The notes: a model not told the origin generated them from the letters alone. 64,000 bases of DNA from an uncultured Desulfarculus sp. (GCA_963665125.2 CAXXUK010000001.1:576001-640000), one strand, 5' to 3'; shown: positions 43,945 through 53,654, numbered from the stretch's first letter. Made by a program: numbers and translations.

Positions 43945-45150
43945 ATGAAACGAATCTTGAGCATGATTCTGGGGCTCGCTTTGGCACTTGCCTTGACCTT
44001 GCCGGCCATGGCTGGAGATGTTCCAGGAGTAACCAAGGACACCATCAAAATTGGTCAATGGGGGCCGCAGACCGGACCGGCGGCCTTATGGGGCGCGGTC
44101 GCCCGCGGCACCGGACTGTTTTTTAAAATGATTAACGACGAGGGTGGTATCAACGGTCGCAAGGTCGAGTATTTCATGCGCGACGACGGTTACCAGCCCA
44201 ACAAGACCAAGGCCATTGTAAAGGAACTGGTCGAAAAAGAAGGCGTGTGGGGCTTTGTCGGCGGTTTGGGCACCAGCCCGGGCATGGCCGTCATGCCGTA
44301 TCTGGTCGAGAAGAACATCCCCTGGGTTTCGCCTACATCAGGCAGCACCCATTGGGCCTTCCCGCCCAAGAATAACATTTGGGCCACCTATCCGACATAT
44401 CCTGTGGATGCTATCCTGCTTACCCGCTATGCCCTGGACACCCTGAAAAAGACAAAGATCGGCTTCATCTACCAGAATGACGATTACGGCAAGGGGGGCC
44501 TGGTCGGCGCGGAAAAAGAACTGCGCGATCGAGGCATGAAACTGGCCGCATCCGTTTCTACGGAGATTGCCGACACCGATCTGAGCACCCAGGTGCTTAA
44601 GCTCAAGGAGGCCGGTTGCGAGGTGGTGCTCTTGTGGCTGCTGCCCAAGCAGGCGGCAATCACCCTAGGCACCGCTGTTAAGATGGGCTACCATCCCCAG
44701 TTCATGACCTCCAGCACCCTGGCTGATGCCGAATTGATGCACAAAGTCACAAAGGGACTATGGAAGGGCGTTATTTTTACCACATATGGAGAATTGCCCT
44801 ATTCCAATCATCCCCTTATGGTCAAATACCGCGCAGCCTGGAAGAAGTACGCGCCCCAGGAGCGTTGGGGTCCGTTCTACACCGCGGGAATCTACTATGC
44901 CGAGCCCCTCGCAGAGGGCATTAAGCGTTGTGGTGACGACCTGAGCTACGACAATTTCGTCAAGATCATGGAAAATATGAAAGACTGGAAGGGCGGCAGT
45001 GGCGCACCGCTCACGTTCGGACCCAACCGACGCCAGGGAACCAACAGCCTCTTCTTGGTGGTTTGCGATCCCACGGCGCCCGGCATGGCTAAAAAGATTT
45101 CCGACTGGATGACAGTGGAAAACTTCAGCATGGAGTGGTTGGAAAAGTAG
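43945..45150 (+). CDS. ABC transporter substrate-binding protein, LivJ/K-like (paralog 2)
   Basis: Same motifs as paralog 1; ATG at 43945 after a GGGAG RBS. Confidence 0.92.
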   Translation: MKRILSMILGLALALALTLPAMAGDVPGVTKDTIKIGQWGPQTGPAALWGAVARGTGLFFKMINDEGGINGRKVEYFMRDDGYQPNKTKAIVKELVEKEGVWGFVGGLGTSPGMAVMPYLVEKNIPWVSPTSGSTHWAFPPKNNIWATYPTYPVDAILLTRYALDTLKKTKIGFIYQNDDYGKGGLVGAEKELRDRGMKLAASVSTEIADTDLSTQVLKLKEAGCEVVLLWLLPKQAAITLGTAVKMGYHPQFMTSSTLADAELMHKVTKGLWKGVIFTTYGELPYSNHPLMVKYRAAWKKYAPQERWGPFYTAGIYYAEPLAEGIKRCGDDLSYDNFVKIMENMKDWKGGSGAPLTFGPNRRQGTNSLFLVVCDPTAPGMAKKISDWMTVENFSMEWLEK

Positions 45151-45293
45151 CGCGTTAATAGTGTTGCGCCGCTAGGGCGCAACACTATTAAATGCTTCTT
45201 GAATAGGGGTTCCGAGAGCCCCGCCGAAGGAGAGGCTGGCGGCAGGGATTAACCGCCAATGATGAATCAACAGTCATTATTCGGGAGAAAGCG
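45151..45293 (+). promoter_or_regulatory. Structured intergenic element, copy B
   Basis: 16-bp hairpin, TTCTTGA, TCCGAG hairpin, TGGCGG/CCGCCA stem. Confidence 0.55.
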
Positions 45294-46499
45294 ATGAAAC
45301 GAATCCTGAGCGTGACTCTGGCGTTTGCCTTGGCACTTGCCTTGGCAATGCCGGCTGCGGCCGGAGACGTGCCTGGAGTTACCAAAGACACCATCAAAAT
45401 TGGTCAATGGGGACCCCAGACCGGACCCGCAGCCCTCTGGGGCTCGGTCGCCCGCGGAACCGGTTTGTACCTCAAATACATTAACTCCCTTGGCGGGATT
45501 AATGGACGCAAGTTTGAGTATTTCCTGCGTGATGACGGTTACCAGCCCAACAAGACCAAGGCCATTGTCAAGGAACTGGTCGAAAAAGAGGGCGTTTGGG
45601 GATTCATTGCCGGCGTGGGCACCACGCCCGGTATGGCTGTCATGCCTTATCTGGTCGAGAAAAACATCCCCTGGGTGTCTCCCTCTTCGGGCAGCACTCA
45701 CTGGTGCTATCCGCCCAAGAAAAACATCTGGGGCGCCTATCCGGTGTATCCGGTTGACGCCTATCTGCTGACCCAGTATGCCGTGGAAGGCCTGAAGAAG
45801 ACCAAGGTCGGCTTCATGTACCAGAACGATGACTACGGCAAGGGCGGCCTGGTTGGCGCGGAAAAATACCTGCGCGACAAGGGCATGAAGTTGGCCGGTG
45901 CGGTTTCGACCGAGGTTACCGACACCGACTTGAGCACCCAGGTGATCAAGCTCAAGGAGGCCGGTTGCGACGTGGTGATCATGTGGCTGCTGCCCAAGCA
46001 GGCGGCCATCACCGTGGGTACGGCGGCCAAGATGGGTTACCGTCCCCAGTTCATGACCTCCACCACCCTTTCCGATACCGCTCTGATGTACAAGATTACA
46101 AAGGGCCTTTGGAAGGGTGTCATCTGCACGACCTTTGGTCAGCTTCCGTTCTCTGATCATCCGCTGATGGTCAAATACCGCGAAGCCTGGAAGCAGTATG
46201 CTCCCCAGGAGCGCTGGGGTCCGTTCTTTACCTCGGGTATGTACTATGCCGAGCCCATGATCGAAGGCATCAAACGCTGTGGCGACGACCTGAGTTACGA
46301 CAACTTTGTCAAGGCCATGGAAAGCATCAAGGACTGGAAAGAAGGAACCGGTGCGCCTTTGACCTTCGGACCTGACAAACGCCAGGGCAGCAACAGCGTG
46401 TTCATGGTGGTTTGTGATCCCGAGGCTCCGGGTATGGCCAAGCAGATCTCCGACTGGATGACGGTGGATAATTTCAGTTTGGAGTGGTTGGAAAAGTAG
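45294..46499 (+). CDS. ABC transporter substrate-binding protein, LivJ/K-like (paralog 3)
   Basis: Same motifs as paralog 1. Confidence 0.92.
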   Translation: MKRILSVTLAFALALALAMPAAAGDVPGVTKDTIKIGQWGPQTGPAALWGSVARGTGLYLKYINSLGGINGRKFEYFLRDDGYQPNKTKAIVKELVEKEGVWGFIAGVGTTPGMAVMPYLVEKNIPWVSPSSGSTHWCYPPKKNIWGAYPVYPVDAYLLTQYAVEGLKKTKVGFMYQNDDYGKGGLVGAEKYLRDKGMKLAGAVSTEVTDTDLSTQVIKLKEAGCDVVIMWLLPKQAAITVGTAAKMGYRPQFMTSTTLSDTALMYKITKGLWKGVICTTFGQLPFSDHPLMVKYREAWKQYAPQERWGPFFTSGMYYAEPMIEGIKRCGDDLSYDNFVKAMESIKDWKEGTGAPLTFGPDKRQGSNSVFMVVCDPEAPGMAKQISDWMTVDNFSLEWLEK

Positions 46500-46523
46500 A
46501 AACAACCTAAAAGACTTATTCAT

Positions 46524-46563
46524 TAGCGCCTCCCAGGTTTTCCGACTTGGGGGGCGCTATTTT
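46524..46563 (+). terminator. Intrinsic terminator after SBP paralog 3
   Basis: TAGCGCCTCCCAGG...CTTGGGGGGCGCTA followed by TTTT. Confidence 0.7.
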
Positions 46564-46727
46564 GTTAATTTAAGCTGTACGACTATAAAAATTGGTGATA
46601 GTTTGATGCGGTAATTTTTTAATCGGTGTCTTTTGTAGCGGTAATTAATATTTATTAAATAAATTCAAGTTCAGCTTGGAGCAGGCAGGTTGCACTGGGT
46701 GATTTTCCGAAAAAAGGAGTTATCTCA

Positions 46728-47936
46728 ATGAGAAGAAGGATTTCAACACTGATTTGCATGATGGCCCTGAGTTTGGTATTGGCCTTGCCGGCCGCTGCGG
46801 CGGATGTGCCGGGCGTGACCAAGGACACCATCAAAATCGGGCAATGGAGCCCACAAACCGGTCCCGCGGCCTTGTGGGGATCCGTGGCTCGCGGTACGGG
46901 CCTGTACTTCAAAATGATCAACGAAGCCGGTGGCATCAACGGCCGCAAAATCGAGTACTTCAACCGCGACGACGGCTATCAGCCCAACAAGACCAAGGCC
47001 ATTGTCAAGGAATTGGTCGAACGTGAAGGCGTTTGGGGCTTTGTCGGTGGTATAGGCACCAGCCCGGGCATGGCTGTCATGCCCTACCTGGTGGAACGCA
47101 ACATCCCCTGGGTGTCTCCCTGCTCCGGCAGCACCAACTGGGCCTTCCCGCCCAAAAAGAACATTTGGGCCACCTATCCGACGTATCCAGTCGAGGCCTA
47201 TCTGCTGACCAAATACGCCGTGGAAACTCTTAAAAAGACGAATATCGGCTTCATTTATCAGAACGACGACTACGGCAAGGGCGGCCTTTCCGGCATCGAG
47301 AAGTACCTCGGCGAAAAGGGTATGAAAATAACCGCCGCGGTCTCCACCGAGATCACGGACACCGACCTGAGCAGCCAGATCGTCAAGCTCAAGGAAGCCG
47401 GTTGCGATACCGTGCTTATGTGGCTTTTGCCCAAGCAGGCGGCCATCACCATGGGCACGGCGGCCAAGATGGGCTACCGTCCCCAGTTCATGACCTCCAG
47501 CACCCTGTCCGACACCGAATTGATGTACAAGATCACCAAGGGCCTTTGGAAGGGCGTGCTTTTCACCACCTTCGGCGCGCTGCCTTGGAGTACTGACAAC
47601 GAGGCCCTGAATAAATTCCGTGAGGCCTGGAAGAAATACGCGCCCCAGGAGCGTTGGGGCGTGTTCCTGAGTTCGGGCGCCTACTATGCCGAGCCCCTGG
47701 TGGAAGGCATTCGCCTCTGCGGCGACGACCTGAGTTACGACAACTTCGTCAAGGTCATGGAAGGCCTGAAGGGCTTCCAGAGCCTTGGTGCACCGATTAC
47801 CTTTGGTCCCAACCAGCGCCAGGGCGTCAACAGCGTATTCATGGTTGTTTGCGATCCTTCGGTCGAGGGCAAGGCCAAGCAGATCTCCGACTGGATGACC
47901 GTTGAAAACTTCAACGCGGAGACGTTCAACAAATAA
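46728..47936 (+). CDS. ABC transporter substrate-binding protein, LivJ/K-like (paralog 4)
   Basis: Same motifs as paralog 1; AAGGAG RBS. Confidence 0.92.
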   Translation: MRRRISTLICMMALSLVLALPAAAADVPGVTKDTIKIGQWSPQTGPAALWGSVARGTGLYFKMINEAGGINGRKIEYFNRDDGYQPNKTKAIVKELVEREGVWGFVGGIGTSPGMAVMPYLVERNIPWVSPCSGSTNWAFPPKKNIWATYPTYPVEAYLLTKYAVETLKKTNIGFIYQNDDYGKGGLSGIEKYLGEKGMKITAAVSTEITDTDLSSQIVKLKEAGCDTVLMWLLPKQAAITMGTAAKMGYRPQFMTSSTLSDTELMYKITKGLWKGVLFTTFGALPWSTDNEALNKFREAWKKYAPQERWGVFLSSGAYYAEPLVEGIRLCGDDLSYDNFVKVMEGLKGFQSLGAPITFGPNQRQGVNSVFMVVCDPSVEGKAKQISDWMTVENFNAETFNK

Positions 47937-47960
47937 GCAAATAGCGCTACCCGCTTAAAC

Positions 47961-47995
47961 GCCGCTCCGGGTTTTCCCGGGGCGGCTCTTTTTTT
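47961..47995 (+). terminator. Intrinsic terminator after SBP paralog 4
   Basis: GCCGCTCCGGG-tttt-CCCGGGGCGGC followed by TC and a T run. Confidence 0.85.
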
Positions 47996-48238
47996 GGGGG
48001 CCTGTGGGCGGCCTTGCGGTCCCAAAGACGCAAAAACTTAGCGCTTATGCTCTGTTAAGAAAAGACGGAATAAAAAACAAGAAAGATAAGAAAAAATAAA
48101 TTAAATTATATAGACAAAATGAAAAGCCTATATTTACCGAGTGCTCATATGATAAAACAAGGTATAAGGATACTGAGTGTATAGGGATGACGTAGAAACG
48201 TCGTTTACTGGGTATGGATCCTAGATGGAGGCTTGTCG

Positions 48239-49447
48239 ATGCAAAAACGGTTTTTTTGCCTGATATTAATGCTGGGTTTGGCCTTGGCGCTGGCGGTGCC
48301 GGCCATTGCCGGCGATGTCCCCGGAGTGACCAAGAACGCCGTTAAAATTGGGCAGTGGGGGCCTCAAACCGGCCCGGCTGCTCTGTGGGGTTCTGTGTGC
48401 CGTGGTACTGGCCTGTATTTCAGAATGGTCAATGAAGCGGGCGGCATCAATGGCCGAAAAATTGATTATTACATGCGCGACGACGGGTATCAGCCCAACA
48501 AAACCAAGGCAATCGTCAAGGAGCTGGTGGAAAAAGAAGGCGTCTGGGGATTTGTCGGCGGCGTGGGCACCAGCCCGGGCATGGCTGTGATGCCCTATCT
48601 GGTGGAGCGCAACATCCCCTGGGTGTCCCCCGCTTCTGGCAGCACCCACTGGGCCTTCCCGCCCAAGCCCAACCTTTGGTCCACCTATTCCACATTCCCG
48701 GTTGATGCCATCCTGATCACCCGCTATGCCATCGACACCCTGAAGAAGTCAAAGATCGGCTTTATTTACCAGAACGACGATTACGGCAAAGGCGGCCTGA
48801 TCGGCGTGGAAAAGGAGCTGCGCGACCGTGGCATGAAGCTGGCGGCCGCCGTTCCCACCGAGATCACCGAAACGGACCTCAGTTCGCAGGTGCTCAAGCT
48901 CAAAGACGCCGGGTGTGATGTGGTCATCGCCTGGCTGCTGCCCAAGCAGGCGGCAATCACCCTGGGCACCGCCGCCAAAATGGGCTTCAAACCTCAATTT
49001 ATGGCCCCCAGCGCCTTGGGCGACTCCGAACTGATGTACAAAATCACCAAGGGGCTGTGGAAGGACGTCATCTTCGCGTCATACATTGATTTGGTCTGGT
49101 CCGAGGATAACCCGGCCCTGGTGAAGTTCCGTGAAGCCTGGAAGAAATTTACTCCAGAGGAACGCTTTGGACCGTTTTTGGTGGTCGGCGCCTACTTTGC
49201 CGAGACCATGGTCGAGGGGCTCAAGCGTTGCGGTGACGACCTCAGCTATGAAAACTTCATCAAGAGCATGGAAAGCCTGAAAAACTTCCAGGGCATCGGC
49301 GCGCCGATCACCTTTGGGCCAAACAAGCGCCAGGGCTGCAACAGCCTTTTCATGGTCGTGTGCGACCCGAGCGCCAAGGGTATGGCCCGCAAGCTGACCG
49401 ATTGGATGACCGTGGAAAACTTCAGCATGGAATGGCTCGAGAAATAG
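48239..49447 (+). CDS. ABC transporter substrate-binding protein, LivJ/K-like (paralog 5)
   Basis: Same motifs as paralog 1; GGAGG RBS before ATG 48239. Confidence 0.92.
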   Translation: MQKRFFCLILMLGLALALAVPAIAGDVPGVTKNAVKIGQWGPQTGPAALWGSVCRGTGLYFRMVNEAGGINGRKIDYYMRDDGYQPNKTKAIVKELVEKEGVWGFVGGVGTSPGMAVMPYLVERNIPWVSPASGSTHWAFPPKPNLWSTYSTFPVDAILITRYAIDTLKKSKIGFIYQNDDYGKGGLIGVEKELRDRGMKLAAAVPTEITETDLSSQVLKLKDAGCDVVIAWLLPKQAAITLGTAAKMGFKPQFMAPSALGDSELMYKITKGLWKDVIFASYIDLVWSEDNPALVKFREAWKKFTPEERFGPFLVVGAYFAETMVEGLKRCGDDLSYENFIKSMESLKNFQGIGAPITFGPNKRQGCNSLFMVVCDPSAKGMARKLTDWMTVENFSMEWLEK

Positions 49448-49473
49448 CACGAGCCTGATTCTCCAAAACAGCA

Positions 49474-49513
49474 GCGCCGTCCGGAAGTGATTCCGGGCGG
49501 CGCTTGGTTTTTT
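49474..49513. terminator. Terminator (possibly bidirectional) between the SBP array and the convergent oxidoreductase operon
   Basis: GCGCCGTCCGGAA-gtga-TTCCGGGCGGCGC followed by TTGGTTTTT. Confidence 0.75.
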
Positions 49514-49533
49514 CGGGCTTGGTGTAAGAGTGC

Positions 49534-49971
49534 CTACATATTGTAGAGTTCTTCACCGTACAGGCGGATCCACTCCTTTTGCAGAGCGTCCACCGCCAAC
49601 TCGAGCTTTTCGTCCTTGACCCCGATAATCAAAACGGTCGAATCGGTGGTCTGAATCGTCGGATAGATGAAAGACACATTGATCCCGGCGCGCTTGAGCG
49701 GGTTGAGAACCGCCAACAGGCCTCCGGCGTGGTGGGGTGTCTCGGCCGCCAGCACCTGCTGGGTCTTGACATCGACGCCCTGGCCGCTGAGCACGTTGTG
49801 GGCCTTTTCCGGATTGTCGGCCACGAAACGCATCAGGCCCTCATCGCCGGGAAGAGCGGTGGTGACAAAGAACGCGATGATGTTTACTCCGGCGTCTCCC
49901 ATCATCTCGCTGATAGCAGCCAATTGGCCCGGAGTATCCGGAATCGTAATGGTGAGCTGGGTGACGGTCAT
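49534..49971 (-). CDS. ACT domain-containing protein (tandem ACT)
   Basis: QLTITIPDTPGQLA...AGVNI, second repeat GGLLAVL...AGINVSFIY. Confidence 0.85.
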   Translation of the reverse strand: MTVTQLTITIPDTPGQLAAISEMMGDAGVNIIAFFVTTALPGDEGLMRFVADNPEKAHNVLSGQGVDVKTQQVLAAETPHHAGGLLAVLNPLKRAGINVSFIYPTIQTTDSTVLIIGVKDEKLELAVDALQKEWIRLYGEELYNM

Positions 49972-49973
49972 CT

Positions 49974-50531
49974 CTAGCTCTCCTTGCCCGCCAGGCGGCG
50001 TACATGGTCGGCACCCACTTCCAGGGCCCGCCGGTTGAGTTCCAAAACTTTTTCTTTTTTGCCCAGGCCCGTCTGGGCCAGGGCCTGCTTTATCGCATCA
50101 ATACTAACCACCCCGGTGGCCTGGGCCATGGCGCCCAGCATTACGACGTTGGCCGAACGGTCTTCGCCCAGCTCGTGGGCCAGGGTGTTTACAGGCACTT
50201 TGATGATCTTCAGGTCGTCACGGCCCAACGCATCCTTGACCAGGTCCTCGTTGATCAGGATGGTGCCGCCGGTGCGCACGACATTGGCAAAGCGCAGCAG
50301 GCTCGGGTTGTTCATCACCACCAGGAAATCGGGCGTGCTGGACACCGGGCTGGCGATTTCCTCATCGGAAACCACAACCGTGCAGTTTGCCGTGCCCCCG
50401 CGGACCTCGGCGCCGTAGGACGGCAGATAGGTGACGTTTTTTCCTTCATTCATGGCCGTCAGAGCCAGGGTGTATCCCATCAGAAGGACTCCCTGGCCTC
50501 CGAAACCGGCGAAAATGCTTTTGACGGTCAC
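49974..50531 (-). CDS. 2-oxoacid:ferredoxin oxidoreductase gamma subunit
   Basis: AGFGGQG, PSYGAEVRGGTANC, NVVMLGA. Confidence 0.93.
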   Translation of the reverse strand: MTVKSIFAGFGGQGVLLMGYTLALTAMNEGKNVTYLPSYGAEVRGGTANCTVVVSDEEIASPVSSTPDFLVVMNNPSLLRFANVVRTGGTILINEDLVKDALGRDDLKIIKVPVNTLAHELGEDRSANVVMLGAMAQATGVVSIDAIKQALAQTGLGKKEKVLELNRRALEVGADHVRRLAGKES

Positions 50532-50552
50532 TGAGACCTCCTTGGGCGGCTG

Positions 50553-51299
50553 CTATTTGTAGCCGGTCTCGTCTTTGATGTTGCCCAGGGGGAACACCTT
50601 GGTCATATCGCTTTCAATCCACTTACAGGCCTGAACGGGCGACATCTTCCAGTTGGTGGGGCACGCTGAAAGCACCTCTACCAGACTGAATCCCTTGCCG
50701 TCAATCTGGGTCTGGAAGGCCGTTTTGATGGCCTTTTTGGCCTTTTTCACCTTGGCCGGAGACGTCACCGCCACTCTCTCCAAAAATACGCTGCCCTTGG
50801 CTATGGCCAGCATTTCGGTGAGGTTCAACGGCGAACCGTCGCGATCAACATCGCGGCCGCCCGGCGTGGTGGTGGAATTCATGCCCGGCAGGGTGGTGGG
50901 GGCCATTTGGCCGCCGGTCATGCCGTAAACACCGTTGTTGACGAAAATGGCAGTGATGTTTTCGCCACGGTTGGCCGCGTGAATGGTTTCAGCGGTACCT
51001 ATGGCGGCGATGTCGCCGTCACCCTGATAGGTGAAGACGATTTTTTCGGGCAACACCCGCTTGATGCCGGTGGCCACGGCCAGGGCTCTGCCGTGGGGGG
51101 CCTCGCCCATGTCCACGTCAAAGTAGTTGTAGGCCAGGACCGCGCATCCTGCCGGGGGCACGCCGATGACGTCTTCACGGATGCCCAGTTCGTCGAACAC
51201 CTCGGCCACCAAACGGTGGATCAGGGAGTGTCCGCAGCCGGGGCAGTAGTGGAAAATATTGGGCTTGAGGCTCTTGGGAGCTTCGAAGACTTTTTTCAT
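50553..51299 (-). CDS. 2-oxoacid:ferredoxin oxidoreductase beta (TPP-binding) subunit, VOR-type
   Basis: [33 protein letters not shown]. Confidence 0.93.
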   Translation of the reverse strand: MKKVFEAPKSLKPNIFHYCPGCGHSLIHRLVAEVFDELGIREDVIGVPPAGCAVLAYNYFDVDMGEAPHGRALAVATGIKRVLPEKIVFTYQGDGDIAAIGTAETIHAANRGENITAIFVNNGVYGMTGGQMAPTTLPGMNSTTTPGGRDVDRDGSPLNLTEMLAIAKGSVFLERVAVTSPAKVKKAKKAIKTAFQTQIDGKGFSLVEVLSACPTNWKMSPVQACKWIESDMTKVFPLGNIKDETGYK

Positions 51300-52402
51300 T
51301 TTAAGCCTCCCGCCGCTAAACCGGAGGAATCGTCCTGATCCAACTGGGCCCGGTAGTAGTAATGGGTGATCTGGTGGGCCACTTCGTCGGGAGTGGGCAC
51401 CATGCCGCCGGGACGGCCGTAGAAGTTGACCTCGGCCCGGCCCTTGACGGCCAGTTCGACGTCTTCGATCATCTGGCCTGAGCTAAGCTCCACCACCAAC
51501 AGTTGGCGCACGACCTTGCTCAGTTCCCACAGGGCCTTGTAGGGGAAGGGCCACAGGGTCTTGGGCCGCAGAAGGCCGACCTTCATGCCCATCTGCCGTA
51601 CGCGGGCGATGGCGCCCTTGGCGATGCGGGCGGCCGTTCCATAGGCCACGAGCACCATGCGGGCGTCTTCGGTCATGTACGATTCCCAGGCCACCTCTTC
51701 ACGAACAACCGCATCGTATTTACGGGTGAGCTTGTAGTTGTGCTCCTCGAGAACCTTGGGGTTCAGCAGCAGCGACAGGATGGCCCGGGGCGGGCGGCCC
51801 TTGGCGCCGGACAGGGTCCAGTCCTTGGCCGGCAAGGAAGCCAAATCAATGGCCTCGGGGAATTCCACCGGCTCCATCATCTGGCCCATCATGCCGTCGC
51901 CCATGATCATAACCGGGTTGCGGTATTTGTCGGCAAGGTCGAAGGCCTTGAAGGTCATGTCGCACAGTTCCTGGCACGAGGCCGGAGCCAGCACGATGCA
52001 GCGGTAGTCGCCGTGGCCGCCGCCTCTGGTGGCCTGGAAGTAGTCGCTCTGGGCCGGGGCGATGTTGCCCAGGCCGGGTCCGCCGCGGACCATGTTGGCC
52101 ACCACGGCCGGAAGTTCAAGACCGGCCAGATAGCTGATGCCTTCCTGCTTCAGGCTGATGCCCGGGCTGGAAGAGCTGGTCATTACCCTGCCGCCGGCCA
52201 TGGAAGCGCCGATCACCATGTTGATGGAGGCCAATTCGCTCTCGGCCTGCACGAACGTGCCGCCGACCTCCAGCAAACGGCCGGACATGTACTCGGGCAC
52301 TTCGTTCTGCGGCGTGATGGGGTAGCCGAAATAATAACGGCAACCGGCGCGGACCGCCGCCTCGCCCAGAACGTGGCTTCCTCGCATTAATTTCTTAGCC
52401 AC
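51296..52402 (-). CDS. 2-oxoacid:ferredoxin oxidoreductase alpha subunit, 2-ketoisovalerate (VOR)-type
   Basis: [40 protein letters not shown] start at 52402. Confidence 0.92.
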   Translation of the reverse strand: MAKKLMRGSHVLGEAAVRAGCRYYFGYPITPQNEVPEYMSGRLLEVGGTFVQAESELASINMVIGASMAGGRVMTSSSSPGISLKQEGISYLAGLELPAVVANMVRGGPGLGNIAPAQSDYFQATRGGGHGDYRCIVLAPASCQELCDMTFKAFDLADKYRNPVMIMGDGMMGQMMEPVEFPEAIDLASLPAKDWTLSGAKGRPPRAILSLLLNPKVLEEHNYKLTRKYDAVVREEVAWESYMTEDARMVLVAYGTAARIAKGAIARVRQMGMKVGLLRPKTLWPFPYKALWELSKVVRQLLVVELSSGQMIEDVELAVKGRAEVNFYGRPGGMVPTPDEVAHQITHYYYRAQLDQDDSSGLAAGGLK

Positions 52403-52625
52403 GGTACACCTCAATCGCCAGGTCGGGGCACATCACAGCGCACATGGCGCATCCGCTACAGCCATCCTTGCCTTCGGCAGCCTCTTCAGGCTTGAAATCG
52501 GCAGGGTAATAGCCCTTGCTGTTGATGTCTTTGCTGACCTGGATGCACTGGTTTGGACAGAACGCGACGCAAAGATGGCAACCCTTGCACTTTTCGCGAT
52601 CTATTTCGATTTTACCTTTGGACAT
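52395..52625 (-). CDS. 2x[4Fe-4S] ferredoxin (delta subunit)
   Basis: CKGCHLCVAFCP and CSGCAMCAVMCP. Confidence 0.92.
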   Translation of the reverse strand: MSKGKIEIDREKCKGCHLCVAFCPNQCIQVSKDINSKGYYPADFKPEEAAEGKDGCSGCAMCAVMCPDLAIEVYRG

Positions 52626-52707
52626 CCCGACTCCAACGGATTTCCCGGCGCAGGTGGGAATTCTTGCTTACCGGGGGCTTTAAATAGCAATGTTGGTTGA
52701 AGAAAAA

Positions 52708-52736
52708 CAAGTAGCAAAGCAAGGCCTGACTGTCAA
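52708..52736 (-). promoter_or_regulatory. Putative sigma70 promoter of the oxidoreductase operon
   Basis: Minus strand TTGACA-N17-TACTTG with TGn extension. Confidence 0.45.
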
Positions 52737-52839
52737 GTGTTTGGACCAACATATTCACATTTGTTTGCATTGCCGGACGTGGTATGTAGTTGTTGAAATG
52801 GCAGCGGGTATTTAAGAAGAGTTGTAAAGCAGGCATGAC

Positions 52840-53220
52840 ATGAGCAAACTGTTGTTGATCGCCCTGGCCGGCGGAGTGGGAACCCTGGCCCGGTATGGCC
52901 TGGGCAGTCTGGTCCACCGGATATTCGGCGCTGGGTTTCCCTGGGGCACGGTCAGTGTAAATCTATTGGGGAGTTTTTTATTCGGCCTGGTCTGGACCCT
53001 GGCCTCCCAGCGCATGGTCATCAGCACCGAGGCGCGCATAATCATCCTCACCGGGTTCATGGGCGCCTTCACCACGTTTTCAACGTTCATGTTCGAGACG
53101 GGCGAACTCATACGCGGCGGGCAATGGCTGTTGGCCGGGGGCAACCTTTTACTGCAAAATATAATCGGGCTGGCTGCCGTTTTCGGCGGCATTGCCGTGG
53201 CCCGTTTATTGGCCGCATAA
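52840..53220 (+). CDS. crcB: Fluoride channel Fluc/CrcB
   Basis: GGVGTLARY, FPWGTVSVN, GFMGAFTTFSTF. Confidence 0.95.
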   Translation: MSKLLLIALAGGVGTLARYGLGSLVHRIFGAGFPWGTVSVNLLGSFLFGLVWTLASQRMVISTEARIIILTGFMGAFTTFSTFMFETGELIRGGQWLLAGGNLLLQNIIGLAAVFGGIAVARLLAA

Positions 53221-53232
53221 GGAGACGTGATC

Positions 53233-53595
53233 ATGAAGCTCGATGGCCAGTGCAAGATTCTGCGGATATTCATCGGTGAAGGTGATCGCCACAAGGGACG
53301 GCCGCTGTACCAGGCCATAGCCGAACTGGCCCGGGAAAAAGGCCTGGCCGGGGCGACGGTCCTGCGGGGCGTGTTGGGCTATGGGGCCAACAGCCGCATG
53401 CACACCGACCGCATCCTGAGGCTAAGCGAGGAACTGCCCATGGTGGTGGAGATCGTCGATGTGGAAGAAAAAATCTCCGCGTTTCTGCCGCTGCTGGACG
53501 ATCTGATCTCCGAAGGCCTGGTCACCATTGAAAACGTCAACGTAGTCGCCTACCGCTCCAGTACCGAGAAGTATGCCCAGAGGCGCTCGAAATAA
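53233..53595 (+). CDS. DUF190 (PII-like) protein
   Basis: LRIFIGE, GLAGATVLRG..GYG, LSEELP. Usual crcB neighbour. Confidence 0.9.
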   Translation: MKLDGQCKILRIFIGEGDRHKGRPLYQAIAELAREKGLAGATVLRGVLGYGANSRMHTDRILRLSEELPMVVEIVDVEEKISAFLPLLDDLISEGLVTIENVNVVAYRSSTEKYAQRRSK

Positions 53596-53654
53596 TAGGA
53601 TTTTTGCCAAACTGTAACTGGTTTCCACTGGTTGGATTTGCTATTGTCATAAAC

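Noticed and set aside
42599..49447. CRISPR array or diversity-generating retroelement behind the repeated sequence
   Set aside because: The repeats are whole paralogous CDSs. There is no repeat-spacer periodicity and no cas, reverse transcriptase or recombinase gene in the window.
52626..52839. Fluoride riboswitch upstream of crcB
   Set aside because: No GGCGATGG...-type core or pseudoknot pattern visible. The region looks like divergent promoters.
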